Source: Archaeoglobus fulgidus DSM 4304
GTDB taxonomy: Archaea; Halobacteriota; Archaeoglobi; Archaeoglobales; Archaeoglobaceae
Direction: 5' to 3'
Length of the DNA stretch: 32,000 bases
NCBI RefSeq assembly: GCF_000008665.1
Contig: NC_000917.1
Coordinates: 900,001 to 932,000 of the forward strand
Shown here: positions 14,266-23,066 of the stretch, in pieces
How positions within the stretch are numbered: position 1 is the stretch's first letter
How the letters are laid out: every line of letters begins with the position of its first letter
Translations under genes and position numbers: made by a program
The notes under the pieces: model-generated
Seen by the model: the letters and a program-made list of their open reading frames with translations, nothing else
Told to the model about the DNA's origin: nothing
The model's database searches: none

Positions 14266-15892
14266 CTTCCTCAGCCCCCCTCACGAGCTTTGCATACTTT
14301 GCCAAGTAGCCCTTCAGCTCCTTCTCCTTAGGCTTCCACTTGGCCCTCCTCTCTGCCAGCTCCTCATCGCTGAGCTTCACTTCCAGCTTTCTTGCGGGGA
14401 TGTCTATGGAAATTTTATCTCCATCCTCAACCAGAGCTATGTTTCCACCGACAGCAGCCTCAGGCGACACGTGGCCGATGCACGGCCCCCTCGTCGCTCC
14501 ACTAAACCTTCCGTCTGTGATCAAAGCCACCTTCTGCAATCCCAGCCCTGAGATTGCTGCTGTTGGCAAGAGCATCTCAGGCATTCCCGGAGCTCCTTTA
14601 GGCCCCATATACCTGATAACCACCACATCCCCTTCCTCAACCTTTCCATCAAGTATGGCGTTCAGAGCCTCCTTCTCGCTGTCGTAAACCTTTGCAGTTC
14701 CCTCAAACCTCATCATGTCCTCGCTCACTGCAGCAGCCTTGATTACGGCACCATTTTCGGCCAGATTGCCTTTCAGAATGGCTATTCCTCCCTCTTTGTG
14801 CAGCGGGTTGTCGGGTGAGGCGATAATGTCCCTCCCTCTCAGCACGGCCATCTCCGCAATCTCGTAGAGCGTTTTTCCGCTCACTGTCATTTCATCGTGG
14901 AAGTACTTCCTTGCCTTCTTTATCAGCATCGGCACCCCACCGCTCTCATCTAAATCAACAACCATCTCCTTGCTCGCAGGGTCGATGGAGACTATGTGGG
15001 GAGTTCTCCTGCTTATCTCGTCGAAGAGGTCGAGGCTCAGCCTTATTCCCGCCTCTTTGGCTATTGCGGGCAAATGGAGAACTGTGTTGGTTGAACCCCC
15101 AACCAGCATGTCCATGGTGATGGCGTTCTCAAAGGAGCGCTCGTTAACGAAGTCGAGGGGTTTGATGTTCTGCATAACAAGCTCAACTACCCTCTTCCCG
15201 CTCTGCTTCGCTATTCTGAGCTTTCTCGACGATGGGCAGGGAGAGGTGGAGCAGTAGGGCAGGCTTAGGCCAAGAGTTTCGGTGAGAATCTGCATACTGT
15301 TGGCCGTGTAAAGCCCCTGACAGCTTCCGCAGTAGGGGGCGCAGTAGTCCTCGTAGAGCTTTAAGCCAGCGTCATCGAGCTTTCCCGCCTTGTACATCCC
15401 CGCTGCCTCAAAGGCATCTTTTATGGAGACTTTCTCTCCCCCTACTCTCTCGTAGGGCATTGGGCCACCTGTGACGGCAATTGCGGGGATGTTGAGGCGG
15501 AGCATCGCCATGAGCATTCCCGGAATGATTTTGTCGCAGCTCGCAACCACAACTAACCCATCAAAGCGGTGAGCCTCAACCATCGCCTCAATTGTGTCCG
15601 CAACAAGCTCTCTCGATGGTAGGGAGAAGCACATCCCCTCATGCCCCATGGCAATGCCGTCACAGATGCCTATTATGCCGAACTCGAAGGGCACACCTCC
15701 CGCAGCATAAACCCCCTCCTTAACAGCCTGAGTGAGCTTGTCGAGAGTCATGTGCCCGGGAACGATGGTGTTGTAGGCGTTGGCAACTCCAATGAAGGGC
15801 TTATCCATCTCATCGTCAGTAACGCCGAGGGCCTTCAGAAGAGCCCTGTGAGCGACTCTGTCGATGCCTTTCTTAACCTCATCACTTCTCAT
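14249..15892 (-). CDS. ilvD: Dihydroxy-acid dehydratase
   Basis: 547 aa. Motifs [27 protein letters not shown] and [11 protein letters not shown] are typical of IlvD/Edd family members. Confidence 0.92.
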   Translation of the reverse strand: MRSDEVKKGIDRVAHRALLKALGVTDDEMDKPFIGVANAYNTIVPGHMTLDKLTQAVKEGVYAAGGVPFEFGIIGICDGIAMGHEGMCFSLPSRELVADTIEAMVEAHRFDGLVVVASCDKIIPGMLMAMLRLNIPAIAVTGGPMPYERVGGEKVSIKDAFEAAGMYKAGKLDDAGLKLYEDYCAPYCGSCQGLYTANSMQILTETLGLSLPYCSTSPCPSSRKLRIAKQSGKRVVELVMQNIKPLDFVNERSFENAITMDMLVGGSTNTVLHLPAIAKEAGIRLSLDLFDEISRRTPHIVSIDPASKEMVVDLDESGGVPMLIKKARKYFHDEMTVSGKTLYEIAEMAVLRGRDIIASPDNPLHKEGGIAILKGNLAENGAVIKAAAVSEDMMRFEGTAKVYDSEKEALNAILDGKVEEGDVVVIRYMGPKGAPGMPEMLLPTAAISGLGLQKVALITDGRFSGATRGPCIGHVSPEAAVGGNIALVEDGDKISIDIPARKLEVKLSDEELAERRAKWKPKEKELKGYLAKYAKLVRGAEEGAALL

Positions 15893-16018
15893 GGTTTTAG
15901 AAGTGCTTCATTATTTTTTAAGTTTTGGTTGGATGGTGTGAAGAACAATAAGAAAGCATCGGGAAGATTTTGACAAAAAACAAAACATTTATTTGTTTTA
16001 ATCACAAAAATCGTAAAC

Positions 16019-16501
16019 GTGACGGGATTTGCATCATTACCAGTTGAGTTCCTTATAACTGTTTTTGCAATGTCCTTCAGCATAGGCTTTGTAGCTATTA
16101 TTGCCGGTACGGGTGGTGGAGTTCTTTTTACTTCCTGTTTATGGGATTTACATCAATACATCCGGACAAATAAGAGCAACCGGACTTCTTTCGGCGATTG
16201 CTGGGCCATCGGCCCCACAATCAATCTGATAATGCTCGCACCGCTGAAAATTGCAACTACCACCAGCGCGGTGGTTATAAGCATCGGGGACACGGCAGCT
16301 ATCTTCCCTTACTTCATGTCTGGCTCACTCCTTCCTATTTTTGCCGTTCCAGCAGTTGCAGGACTGATGACCGGGGCAAGATTTGGTTCGGCGGTGGCGG
16401 TTAGGGTGAAGGCCAAGTACATCAGATACACGCTGACCACAATTCTGCTGTTTGCGGGAATAAAGCTCATATGGGTGGGATTATGGATGCTCGAAGGTTA
16501 G
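16019..16501 (+). pseudogene. DUF81/TauE-SafE-like membrane protein, apparently frameshifted and internally shortened; alternatively an intact 160-aa membrane protein
   Basis: GTG start. The N-terminus ...FSIGFVAIIAGTGGGVLFT and the C-terminus KIATTTSAVVISIGDTAAIFPYFMSGSLLPIFAVPAVAGLMTGARFGSAVAVRVKAKYIRYTLTTILLFAGIKLI match my memory of DUF81 half-repeats. The segment between them (SCLWDLHQYIRTNKSNRTSFGDCW) is non-membrane-like. An alternative frame from 16128 reads LLPVYGIYINTSGQIRATGLLSAIAGPSAPQSI and stops at 16227-16229. Confidence 0.4.
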
Positions 16502-16935
16502 AAGACGAAGTCGAAATGCCTCTCGAAGGTATCGTGTACGGAGAGGTCAGTGGGTGGCTCACGATAATTGGTATACTGGTAGCGATAGCTGGTATAATCA
16601 TAGGGGTGGTGACCGGAAACTCTGTTTTTGACTACCAGTCAACGATTAAGGACCTGCTGAGCGGTCATGACGAGGAGAAAATCTGGACAGACGACTCCAT
16701 TTTCCACTCGGAACCGCATGGATACTGGTTTTTAAACGTCATTCACACTGGAGATGGAATTGCAATGTTTGGAATCGCTTTGGCTGTTTACGGAGGAATT
16801 GTTGGTTTGCTGCTGCTAATCGTTTTCACTTTCAGAAGCAGAGAGGTTCTGCTTTACAAAAAAGGCCTCTACACCTTCCTCGCTATCGCCATATTCTGCC
16901 TGATGGTCTACTGCGCCTGGGAGGCAGAATTTTGA
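16471..16935 (+). CDS. Hypothetical small integral membrane protein (3-4 TM helices)
   Basis: 154 aa. TM helices WLTIIGILVAIAGIIIGVV, GIAMFGIALAVYGGIVGLLLLIVF and LYTFLAIAIFCLMVYCAW. It overlaps the 3' end of the preceding gene. The true start may be an internal Met (16483 or 16516). Confidence 0.55.
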   Translation: MGGIMDARRLEDEVEMPLEGIVYGEVSGWLTIIGILVAIAGIIIGVVTGNSVFDYQSTIKDLLSGHDEEKIWTDDSIFHSEPHGYWFLNVIHTGDGIAMFGIALAVYGGIVGLLLLIVFTFRSREVLLYKKGLYTFLAIAIFCLMVYCAWEAEF

Positions 16936-16938
16936 CAT

Positions 16939-18072
16939 TCACTCGTACCTCAAGGCCTCGATAGGCTCTAAGCGAGATGCCTTCCACGCAGGGTAGAGGC
17001 CGCTTAGCACAGAAACCATAACTCCTATCGAAAAGCCGAGAGAGATGTAGAGTAGAGTTGAGAGCCTGAAGACGTAGCTCGCATCCTGGAGTATCATCAG
17101 GTCTATTGCATACCCTCCGGCAATGCTCAAAACGCTCCCTATTGCGCTTCCTATCAGCCCGAGAATCAGAGCCTCCATCAGGAATATTCTTAAAATCGTT
17201 GACCTGTAAGCCCCTATAGCCCTCATGATGCCAATTTCCTTTGTTCTCTCAATCGTAGACATCAGCATGATGTTCAGAATGCTGACTCCGGCAACAAGCA
17301 GGGAAACCGACGCTATTGCCATCAGAAACGTGTTTATCTGCGAGAAGGCCTCATTTATCCTCTCGAGAATTATTTTGAGGTCGAAAACAACTACTTTTTC
17401 ATCCCTGCTGTTTATCTTCTCCTCTATCTCCTTCTTTACGTCATCGACCTTCTCCAAACTCTCCGCCTTCACAATCAGCATCGTGTAGCCAACGTCACTC
17501 ACTTTCTCGAAGTCCTCAGGAGAGAGGATTATCGCTGAGTTAGGGTTTATGTCGAACCTCGCTCCGGTGTCTTCAAGTATTGCCGCTACTCTGAACTCCC
17601 TGCCCGCAATGGTTATTTTTGAGTTTACGCGAATATCAGCGAACTCCGCGAGCCTTTTGCCGACAACACAGCTACTCTTTAACCTTATTGAGCCCTTTTC
17701 CGCCTTGAACATGTCCTCTACATCCTTCTCGTCCATGGCATAAACCACAGCGTAGGATTTCTTTTTCTTTGACTCGACCAGCAGCGAGTCAGACTTAATT
17801 GGTATCGCCTCCGCAACGTTCGGGAGCTTCTTAATTCTGCTAATGTCCTTCTCGTCCAGGTACTTGTATCCCTCCTGAAAGTTAGGGCTAACTATAAGCT
17901 CATTCGCCACATCCTCAAAATTTTGCAGAACCGCTGCCTTCAGGCTCTCCCCGAAGATTCCGATGGCAGAGACTGCCATGACTCCTATCAGTATTCCGAT
18001 AACAGCAAGAAGGCTTCTCACCTTTGCTCTCTGCAGGTTTCTCTTCGCAAGCTCAAGATACATTTTCGACAC
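16939..18072 (-). CDS. ABC transporter permease, MacB/FtsX type
   Basis: 377 aa. It has an N-terminal TM helix, a MacB-like extracytoplasmic domain of about 220 aa, and a C-terminal FtsX-type 3-TM bundle (...SVSLLVAGVSILNIMLMSTIERTKEIGIMRAIGA...). It overlaps the ATPase gene by 20 nt. Confidence 0.85.
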   Translation of the reverse strand: MSKMYLELAKRNLQRAKVRSLLAVIGILIGVMAVSAIGIFGESLKAAVLQNFEDVANELIVSPNFQEGYKYLDEKDISRIKKLPNVAEAIPIKSDSLLVESKKKKSYAVVYAMDEKDVEDMFKAEKGSIRLKSSCVVGKRLAEFADIRVNSKITIAGREFRVAAILEDTGARFDINPNSAIILSPEDFEKVSDVGYTMLIVKAESLEKVDDVKKEIEEKINSRDEKVVVFDLKIILERINEAFSQINTFLMAIASVSLLVAGVSILNIMLMSTIERTKEIGIMRAIGAYRSTILRIFLMEALILGLIGSAIGSVLSIAGGYAIDLMILQDASYVFRLSTLLYISLGFSIGVMVSVLSGLYPAWKASRLEPIEALRYE

Positions 18073-18739
18073 TCTCTATTTTCCCATCCCTCAGCCTTAT
18101 CACTCTGTCACCGTATTTCGCAAGCGAGGGGTCGTGAGTAACCAGAATCACCGTAACTCCAAGCACCTCGTTCTGGTGTCTTATGATTTCCATGACCTGC
18201 TCACCAGATTTTGTGTCCAAATTTCCAGTTGGCTCGTCGCAAAGCAGAATTTTCGGGTTGTTCGCCAGAGCTCTTGCAATCGCAACTCTCTGCTGCTGCC
18301 CTCCGCTCATCTCGTTGGGCTTGCGGTTCATCTCCTTCTCAAGCCCGACGTTTTTCAGAAGCTCCTTCGCCCTTTCCTCCCTCTCCCTTCTCCCCACGCC
18401 CTTGAATATCATCGGAAGCTCCACGTTCTCAAGAGCGGTCAAAGTCGGAATGAGGTTATAGGTCTGGAAGATGAAACCGATTGTGTCCCTTCTAAGCTCC
18501 GTGAGCCGGTTGTCGTTCAAACTGGACGTTTCAACCCCGTTAATCAGCACCTCTCCCTCAGTCGGCTTGTCGAGACAGCCGATAAGATTGAGAAGAGTTG
18601 ACTTTCCGCTTCCCGAGGGCCCCATGATCACGACGAACTCTCCCTCCTCAACATCCATGCTCACTCCGTCAAGAGCCCTCACTTCATAATACTCCGTTCT
18701 GTAAATTTTGTAAACATTCCTCAGCTCTACGACCTTCAT
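18053..18739 (-). CDS. ABC transporter ATP-binding protein (MacB/LolD type)
   Basis: 228 aa. Walker A GPSGSGKST, signature MSGGQQQRVAIARAL, Walker B ILLCDEPTGNLD. Confidence 0.92.
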   Translation of the reverse strand: MKVVELRNVYKIYRTEYYEVRALDGVSMDVEEGEFVVIMGPSGSGKSTLLNLIGCLDKPTEGEVLINGVETSSLNDNRLTELRRDTIGFIFQTYNLIPTLTALENVELPMIFKGVGRREREERAKELLKNVGLEKEMNRKPNEMSGGQQQRVAIARALANNPKILLCDEPTGNLDTKSGEQVMEIIRHQNEVLGVTVILVTHDPSLAKYGDRVIRLRDGKIESVENVS

Positions 18740-20115
18740 TTTCTAATCTGCCTGTAAATCACAAAGCCCACTATTGCCAGAATAACAATTGCCACCGCAA
18801 TGGAGACGTAAGTCGGCATAGGATTTTCCTCAACCTCAGCCAGGCTTTTTCCTTTGAGCTCAACGGTTTTGGATATTGCAAAGGTCTCCCCTATTTCGTT
18901 CGACCACTGCACGGTAACCTTAACACTACCGTTGCACTCTACCGGCAGCTCAAAGCTCTGGAAGTCTGATGGGTCGATGTTGCCCATGAAGTAGTCAGCT
19001 CTGAAGTCGCCGCACTCGGCAACCGCATAGGCGTTGTAAACCTCACTCCTCCCGTTGTTGCTGACATCCCCTGAAACGCTGTACTTCAGCTTCTCCCTCA
19101 CCACATTGACGTTGGTGAGCATTACGGCATAGCTGTCGAGAACCGTAATTGTGAAATTTCTCTCCACACTCAGCCCATTTCCAAGCTCATCCTTGTAGTA
19201 AACTCTGAAAACAGCCTCTCCGTCACCAGCCTTTGAGGGGCTGAATTTAAAGCTCAAAGCCTTCCCCTCACCACTATCAAGCTTTGCTATGCTCACCGGA
19301 CTCGAAAAGCTTCCGAGAGATGATTCCGCGGATACTGTGATGTCGTAAATCGCATCGCTCCTCAGATTTGTGATTTCAAGGGGAATTGTTACCGCATCTC
19401 CGATGAAAAGGGACTTGTACGGAAATGTTACATTTAACACGACATTTTGCGGAGTTAAAAGCTTCACCACCACCTCTTTCTCAATTTCATGGTAGTTTCT
19501 GCCGTTGTAGAATGAAATTTTGAATTTCAGCCTGTTAGAATCCGGAATGAACTTGATTTTCCCCTCCTTTCCGCCAACGAAATCTCCGAGATAGACGGTC
19601 TTAGGTATAGCATCGAAGAGGGCCTCAACCCTCACGTCTTTAAGCTCCACCGGTGAGGAAACGTAAAAGCTGACCTCGTTCACAACCCCTCTGTAAACCG
19701 GAGAGGCGACCGTTAGAGAGGGGAAGTTGTCATCAACTAGAAGAAGTATGTTTTGTGTGATAGTCTGGGTAGTGGTGTTTTTTTCATCAACTCTGTATTC
19801 AGTAGCTATTTTAACCTCAAGGTTCTCTCTCCCGACCTTTTCTGCCTTAACCGAGAAGGTTATGGAGTAGCTCCCTCCACCCGGTATTGTGCCTACAGAG
19901 TAGATTGCCGACGGCTCGGCCTTCGCTCCCGAAACCACAATGGAGTTAACCTTCACATCAGAAGCGGAGGGATTTGTCAGAGTGAGCGTCACGTCTGCGT
20001 AATCGCCGGGGAGGAGAATTTCAGGAGATATCTGGTAGCTTACCGAAACGCCCTCTGCGTGGACTGCCTCAACAGCAAGCAGGAGGACCGCTAAGACCAA
20101 CAGAACTTTTTGCAT
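18736..20115 (-). CDS. Secreted, C-terminally membrane-anchored protein with about 4 CARDB/S-layer-like beta-sandwich repeats (COG1361-like)
   Basis: 459 aa. Signal peptide MQKVLLVLAVLLLAVEAVHA. Repeats contain PGDYADVTLTLTNPSASDVKV..., IGDAVTIPLEITNLRSDAIYDITV... and SVSGDVSNNGRSEVYNAYAV.... C-terminal TM helix YVSIAVAIVILAIVGFVIY followed by RQIRK. Its stop overlaps the ATPase start as ATGA (18736-18739). Confidence 0.7.
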   Translation of the reverse strand: MQKVLLVLAVLLLAVEAVHAEGVSVSYQISPEILLPGDYADVTLTLTNPSASDVKVNSIVVSGAKAEPSAIYSVGTIPGGGSYSITFSVKAEKVGRENLEVKIATEYRVDEKNTTTQTITQNILLLVDDNFPSLTVASPVYRGVVNEVSFYVSSPVELKDVRVEALFDAIPKTVYLGDFVGGKEGKIKFIPDSNRLKFKISFYNGRNYHEIEKEVVVKLLTPQNVVLNVTFPYKSLFIGDAVTIPLEITNLRSDAIYDITVSAESSLGSFSSPVSIAKLDSGEGKALSFKFSPSKAGDGEAVFRVYYKDELGNGLSVERNFTITVLDSYAVMLTNVNVVREKLKYSVSGDVSNNGRSEVYNAYAVAECGDFRADYFMGNIDPSDFQSFELPVECNGSVKVTVQWSNEIGETFAISKTVELKGKSLAEVEENPMPTYVSIAVAIVILAIVGFVIYRQIRK

Positions 20116-20145
20116 GATAACAAGAAGCCATCGCAGTATATATGG

Positions 20146-20664
20146 TTAACTTATCAGAACCTTTTCAACCCCCTCAACCCGCAGGATTTCCTCAACAACA
20201 GCTCCGGGAATCTTCGTTTCGGTTACAACTGTCAGCTTCGACTCCACGCTCAGCTCAGGGTCTTCGGCGAGGATGTACCTTATCGAGATGCCGGCGTTGG
20301 CGAGGGCTGAGGCAACACCTGCCACAATCCCGACTTTGGTGCTTTCAGCGTAAACCTCAAGAACGCCGAAGCCGAGAATTCTTGCCACCTCAGCTATATT
20401 TGCCACGGGCTTTAAGGCTGAGAAGACTTTGCTAAGCTCTTCATCACTCTCAATGTTCTGAATGGCTGCAAGAACCACCTTTCTGTCAACACCTATTGCT
20501 TCAGCAATTTTGGTCGGAACCAGCTCTATGTCCCCGCAGTAAGCTTTCCCATTCCTGACAGAGATGCCAAGCCTCAAAAATTCCCTCGCTACTGCGATTT
20601 GAGAAGGGTACTTTTCAAACTTTTCAGCGACTTTTTTCCACATATTTGAATTTTTGTCGTTCAA
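20146..20664 (-). CDS. ACT-domain protein, predicted regulator of amino-acid metabolism (COG2150-like)
   Basis: 172 aa. The N-terminal part (PSQIAVAREFLRLGISVRNGKAYCGDIELVPTKIAEAIGVDRKVV) is followed by an ACT-like C-terminus (GVLEVYAESTKVGIVAGVASALANAGISIRYILAEDPEL). The assignment is from memory of the family. Confidence 0.55.
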   Translation of the reverse strand: MNDKNSNMWKKVAEKFEKYPSQIAVAREFLRLGISVRNGKAYCGDIELVPTKIAEAIGVDRKVVLAAIQNIESDEELSKVFSALKPVANIAEVARILGFGVLEVYAESTKVGIVAGVASALANAGISIRYILAEDPELSVESKLTVVTETKIPGAVVEEILRVEGVEKVLIS

Positions 20665-20700
20665 CTATTAAACTTTATATCCTCAAGTTGAGATACAAAG

Positions 20701-21528
20701 GTGCTCGAAGTAAGGAATCTCTTCAAAAGGTACGGTAGCTTTGAGGCCGTAAAGGGCATAAGCTTTTCGGTGAGGAGAGGAGAGGTTCTTGGTCTGATAG
20801 GGGAGAACGGAGCGGGAAAGTCTACAACGCTGAAAATCCTCGCCGGTTTGATTAGGCCCGATGGTGGAGAGGTGAGGTACTTCGGCAAGGATTTTGATGA
20901 AGAGATGAAAAGAATAATCGGATACCTGCCGGAGATTGACGCCCTTTACGACAACATGACCGTCTCCGAGTATCTCAACCTCTTTGCCGACATTTATGAC
21001 GTTAGAGCCGACATAGACGGCCTTCTTGAGAGGCTGAATTTACCCGACAAGTACATTTCGGACCTCTCAAAGGGAATGAGGAGGAAGGTCTCTATTGCCA
21101 GAACTCTTCTTCACGACCCAGAGGTGCTGGTTTACGACGAGCCAACCGGCGGGCTCGACCCAACGACTTCGCTGAGCATAGCCGAGCTTCTGAGAGAGCT
21201 TGCAGAAAGGGGAAAGATAATCGTCTTCTCCGCACACAACATGTACTACGTTGAGAGGATAGCCGACAAGGTTGTGGTGATGAAAGGAGGTAAAGCCCTG
21301 TATTTCGGAAGCCTTGAGGAGCTCATCGGTCAAAATACCATCTACAAAGTTGAGTACACCATTGACGGCAGAAAAGAGAGCGTAAAGCTCTTTGAGGTTG
21401 AAGAGCTTCTCGATTTTGCTGAAAAGGTCAGAAAGCAGGGAGGAAAGATAATTGAAATTGAAAGAGAGGTTCCGAGGCTCGAAAATGTCTACTTCAGCCT
21501 GATAGGGAGAAAAGAAATTAAAGCATAG
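20701..21528 (+). CDS. ABC transporter ATP-binding protein (ABC-2 type) with no adjacent permease
   Basis: 275 aa with a GTG start. Walker A GENGAGKST, degenerate signature LSKGMRRKVSIARTL, Walker B VLVYDEPTGGLD. It has the C-terminal extension typical of ABC-2 ATPases. Confidence 0.85.
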   Translation: MLEVRNLFKRYGSFEAVKGISFSVRRGEVLGLIGENGAGKSTTLKILAGLIRPDGGEVRYFGKDFDEEMKRIIGYLPEIDALYDNMTVSEYLNLFADIYDVRADIDGLLERLNLPDKYISDLSKGMRRKVSIARTLLHDPEVLVYDEPTGGLDPTTSLSIAELLRELAERGKIIVFSAHNMYYVERIADKVVVMKGGKALYFGSLEELIGQNTIYKVEYTIDGRKESVKLFEVEELLDFAEKVRKQGGKIIEIEREVPRLENVYFSLIGRKEIKA

Positions 21529-21541
21529 CAATACAAAAATC

Positions 21542-21925
21542 ATGGATATCAGATTCAGAGTATGGATTGAGAAGGGGGGCAACCACGTTGCGGGAAAGGG
21601 TGGCGTTGCGATTTTAAAGGCGATAGAGGAGGAGGGTTCAATTTCCGCGGCGAGCAAAAAGCTGGGGATGTCCTACCGCTACGTGTGGGGGTACATAAAG
21701 AAAATGGAGGAGGTCATTGGAAAGGTCGTTGAGAGCGAGAAGGGGGGGAGTGGTGGGGGTAAAACCGTCTTAACAGAGAAGGGAAGGGAGATCGTAAGGC
21801 TCTACGAGTTTTACGAGAGCATTGTTAAAAAGCTCGCCAGTGGAGATTTCGAAAGGGTGGAGGTGAGGGACGGAAAAGTAACTCCCGAAGTTCAAGACGG
21901 AGAGTACGTTTTGATAAAACTTTAG
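21542..21925 (+). CDS. ModE N-terminal-domain-like HTH regulator with no molybdate-binding Mop/TOBE domains
   Basis: 127 aa. VAILKAIEEEGSISAASKKLGMSYRYVWGYIKKMEEVIG matches the ModE/LysR-type N-terminal HTH pattern. A Gly-rich loop (GGSGGGK) and a short tail follow. Confidence 0.65.
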   Translation: MDIRFRVWIEKGGNHVAGKGGVAILKAIEEEGSISAASKKLGMSYRYVWGYIKKMEEVIGKVVESEKGGSGGGKTVLTEKGREIVRLYEFYESIVKKLASGDFERVEVRDGKVTPEVQDGEYVLIKL

Positions 21926-23016
21926 AGAAACAGGCTCTTCACAAGGTAAAAGGCGAGGGAGGGTTTTCTCAAAAGCCTAAAGCTGATATCCGCAGCTTTT
22001 CTGATGAGAGTTGAGGGGCTGTCCATGTGCACACCCCTGAAATCAAAATCTGCCATTGCCGAGAAAAGCTGCTCCAGCTTTTCGTCAGGAAGAGAGTACA
22101 GCTTTCTCACCGCATAGCCAAACCTGTACTCCCTCCCCATTTCCTTCAGATAGCTCTTCTCGTAGCCTTTCAAATCCGGAAACGATTCGGCAAGCTTTTC
22201 TGCGGCGATAAGGTGATAGTAAAGCCCACCTCCCGTGTAGGGCTTCACCATCCCTGCAGCATCGCCGATCAGAGCAACGTCTCTCTTCGAGAACTTAACG
22301 AGCCTGTCGGGAATCGCCCCTGCGTTCAGCTCCACAGCGCTCCCCTCCACCCTGCCGGACACTGAAGGATGCCTTTTCATCAGATTTTCCAGATAGCGCA
22401 GCGGACTGCTTCTGCTGACAACTCCGATTCTTGCGGTATCGCCGAGCGGTATGGCGTAGGCGAAAAAGGAGTCGCTCCAGTTCCCGCCAAAGTAGAGCTC
22501 AACGCAATTCTCGTCGAGCGGCTCGAACTTCGCCTCGACCTGGACTGCGGTAAAAAACCCCATTGTGGGGAAGCCGAAGTGCTCTCTAACAGTGGAGTTC
22601 ACACCATCCGCTCCGATTATTTTCTCTGCTGAAACTTCTCTGGACGGAGTTATAATCCTGAAACCATTCAACCGAGCCTTTTCCTTTACAAAAACCTTCG
22701 CTCTCTCAGCAGCTCTCTCAAAAAGCAATCTGTCGAGAATTTTCCTCTCAACGACCACCGCTTCTCCTCTGCCTTCCAGAACAATTTTTCCGGATGGAGA
22801 GAAGAAGAACGCCCCCTTTATGTGATTTTCAATTGCCTTTTCAGCCTTGCAGTGCTCCTTCAGCTTTTTATAGCATTTATCACTCACCAGCCCTGCACAC
22901 TGAACTGGAAAGCCGGCGCTCTGGTGCTCCTCGAAAAGCGCAACGTCGTAGCTTTTCCCGAGCAAAATTGCTGCAAGACTTCCGGCAGGACCCCCACCGA
23001 CTACTGCAGCATCCAC
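21922..23016 (-). CDS. Geranylgeranyl reductase family FAD-dependent oxidoreductase
   Basis: 364 aa. The N-terminal dinucleotide fold is MDAAVVGGGPAGSLAAILL...ALFEE. The internal ...IGADGVNSTVR... and ...LIGDAAGMVKPYTGGGLYY motifs are typical of GGR/FixC-like flavoproteins. Confidence 0.8.
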   Translation of the reverse strand: MDAAVVGGGPAGSLAAILLGKSYDVALFEEHQSAGFPVQCAGLVSDKCYKKLKEHCKAEKAIENHIKGAFFFSPSGKIVLEGRGEAVVVERKILDRLLFERAAERAKVFVKEKARLNGFRIITPSREVSAEKIIGADGVNSTVREHFGFPTMGFFTAVQVEAKFEPLDENCVELYFGGNWSDSFFAYAIPLGDTARIGVVSRSSPLRYLENLMKRHPSVSGRVEGSAVELNAGAIPDRLVKFSKRDVALIGDAAGMVKPYTGGGLYYHLIAAEKLAESFPDLKGYEKSYLKEMGREYRFGYAVRKLYSLPDEKLEQLFSAMADFDFRGVHMDSPSTLIRKAADISFRLLRKPSLAFYLVKSLFL

Positions 23017-23032
23017 AAGCTGCCTCTGAGGA

Positions 23033-23043
23033 TTAATTTTTTA
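23033..23043 (+). promoter_or_regulatory. TATA-like box for reverse gyrase
   Basis: ttaatttttta is centred about 29 nt upstream of the ATG at 23067, in the 50-bp spacer shared with the divergent reductase gene. Confidence 0.35.
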
Positions 23044-23066
23044 TCTTTTCTATCCAATTCACTTCG

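Noticed and set aside
15977-15999. An 8-bp inverted repeat, aaaacaaa/tttgtttt, with a 7-nt spacer upstream of the DUF81-like gene
   Set aside because: It is a pure A/T palindrome inside an A/T-rich promoter spacer. It is too weak and too low in complexity to call an operator or terminator.
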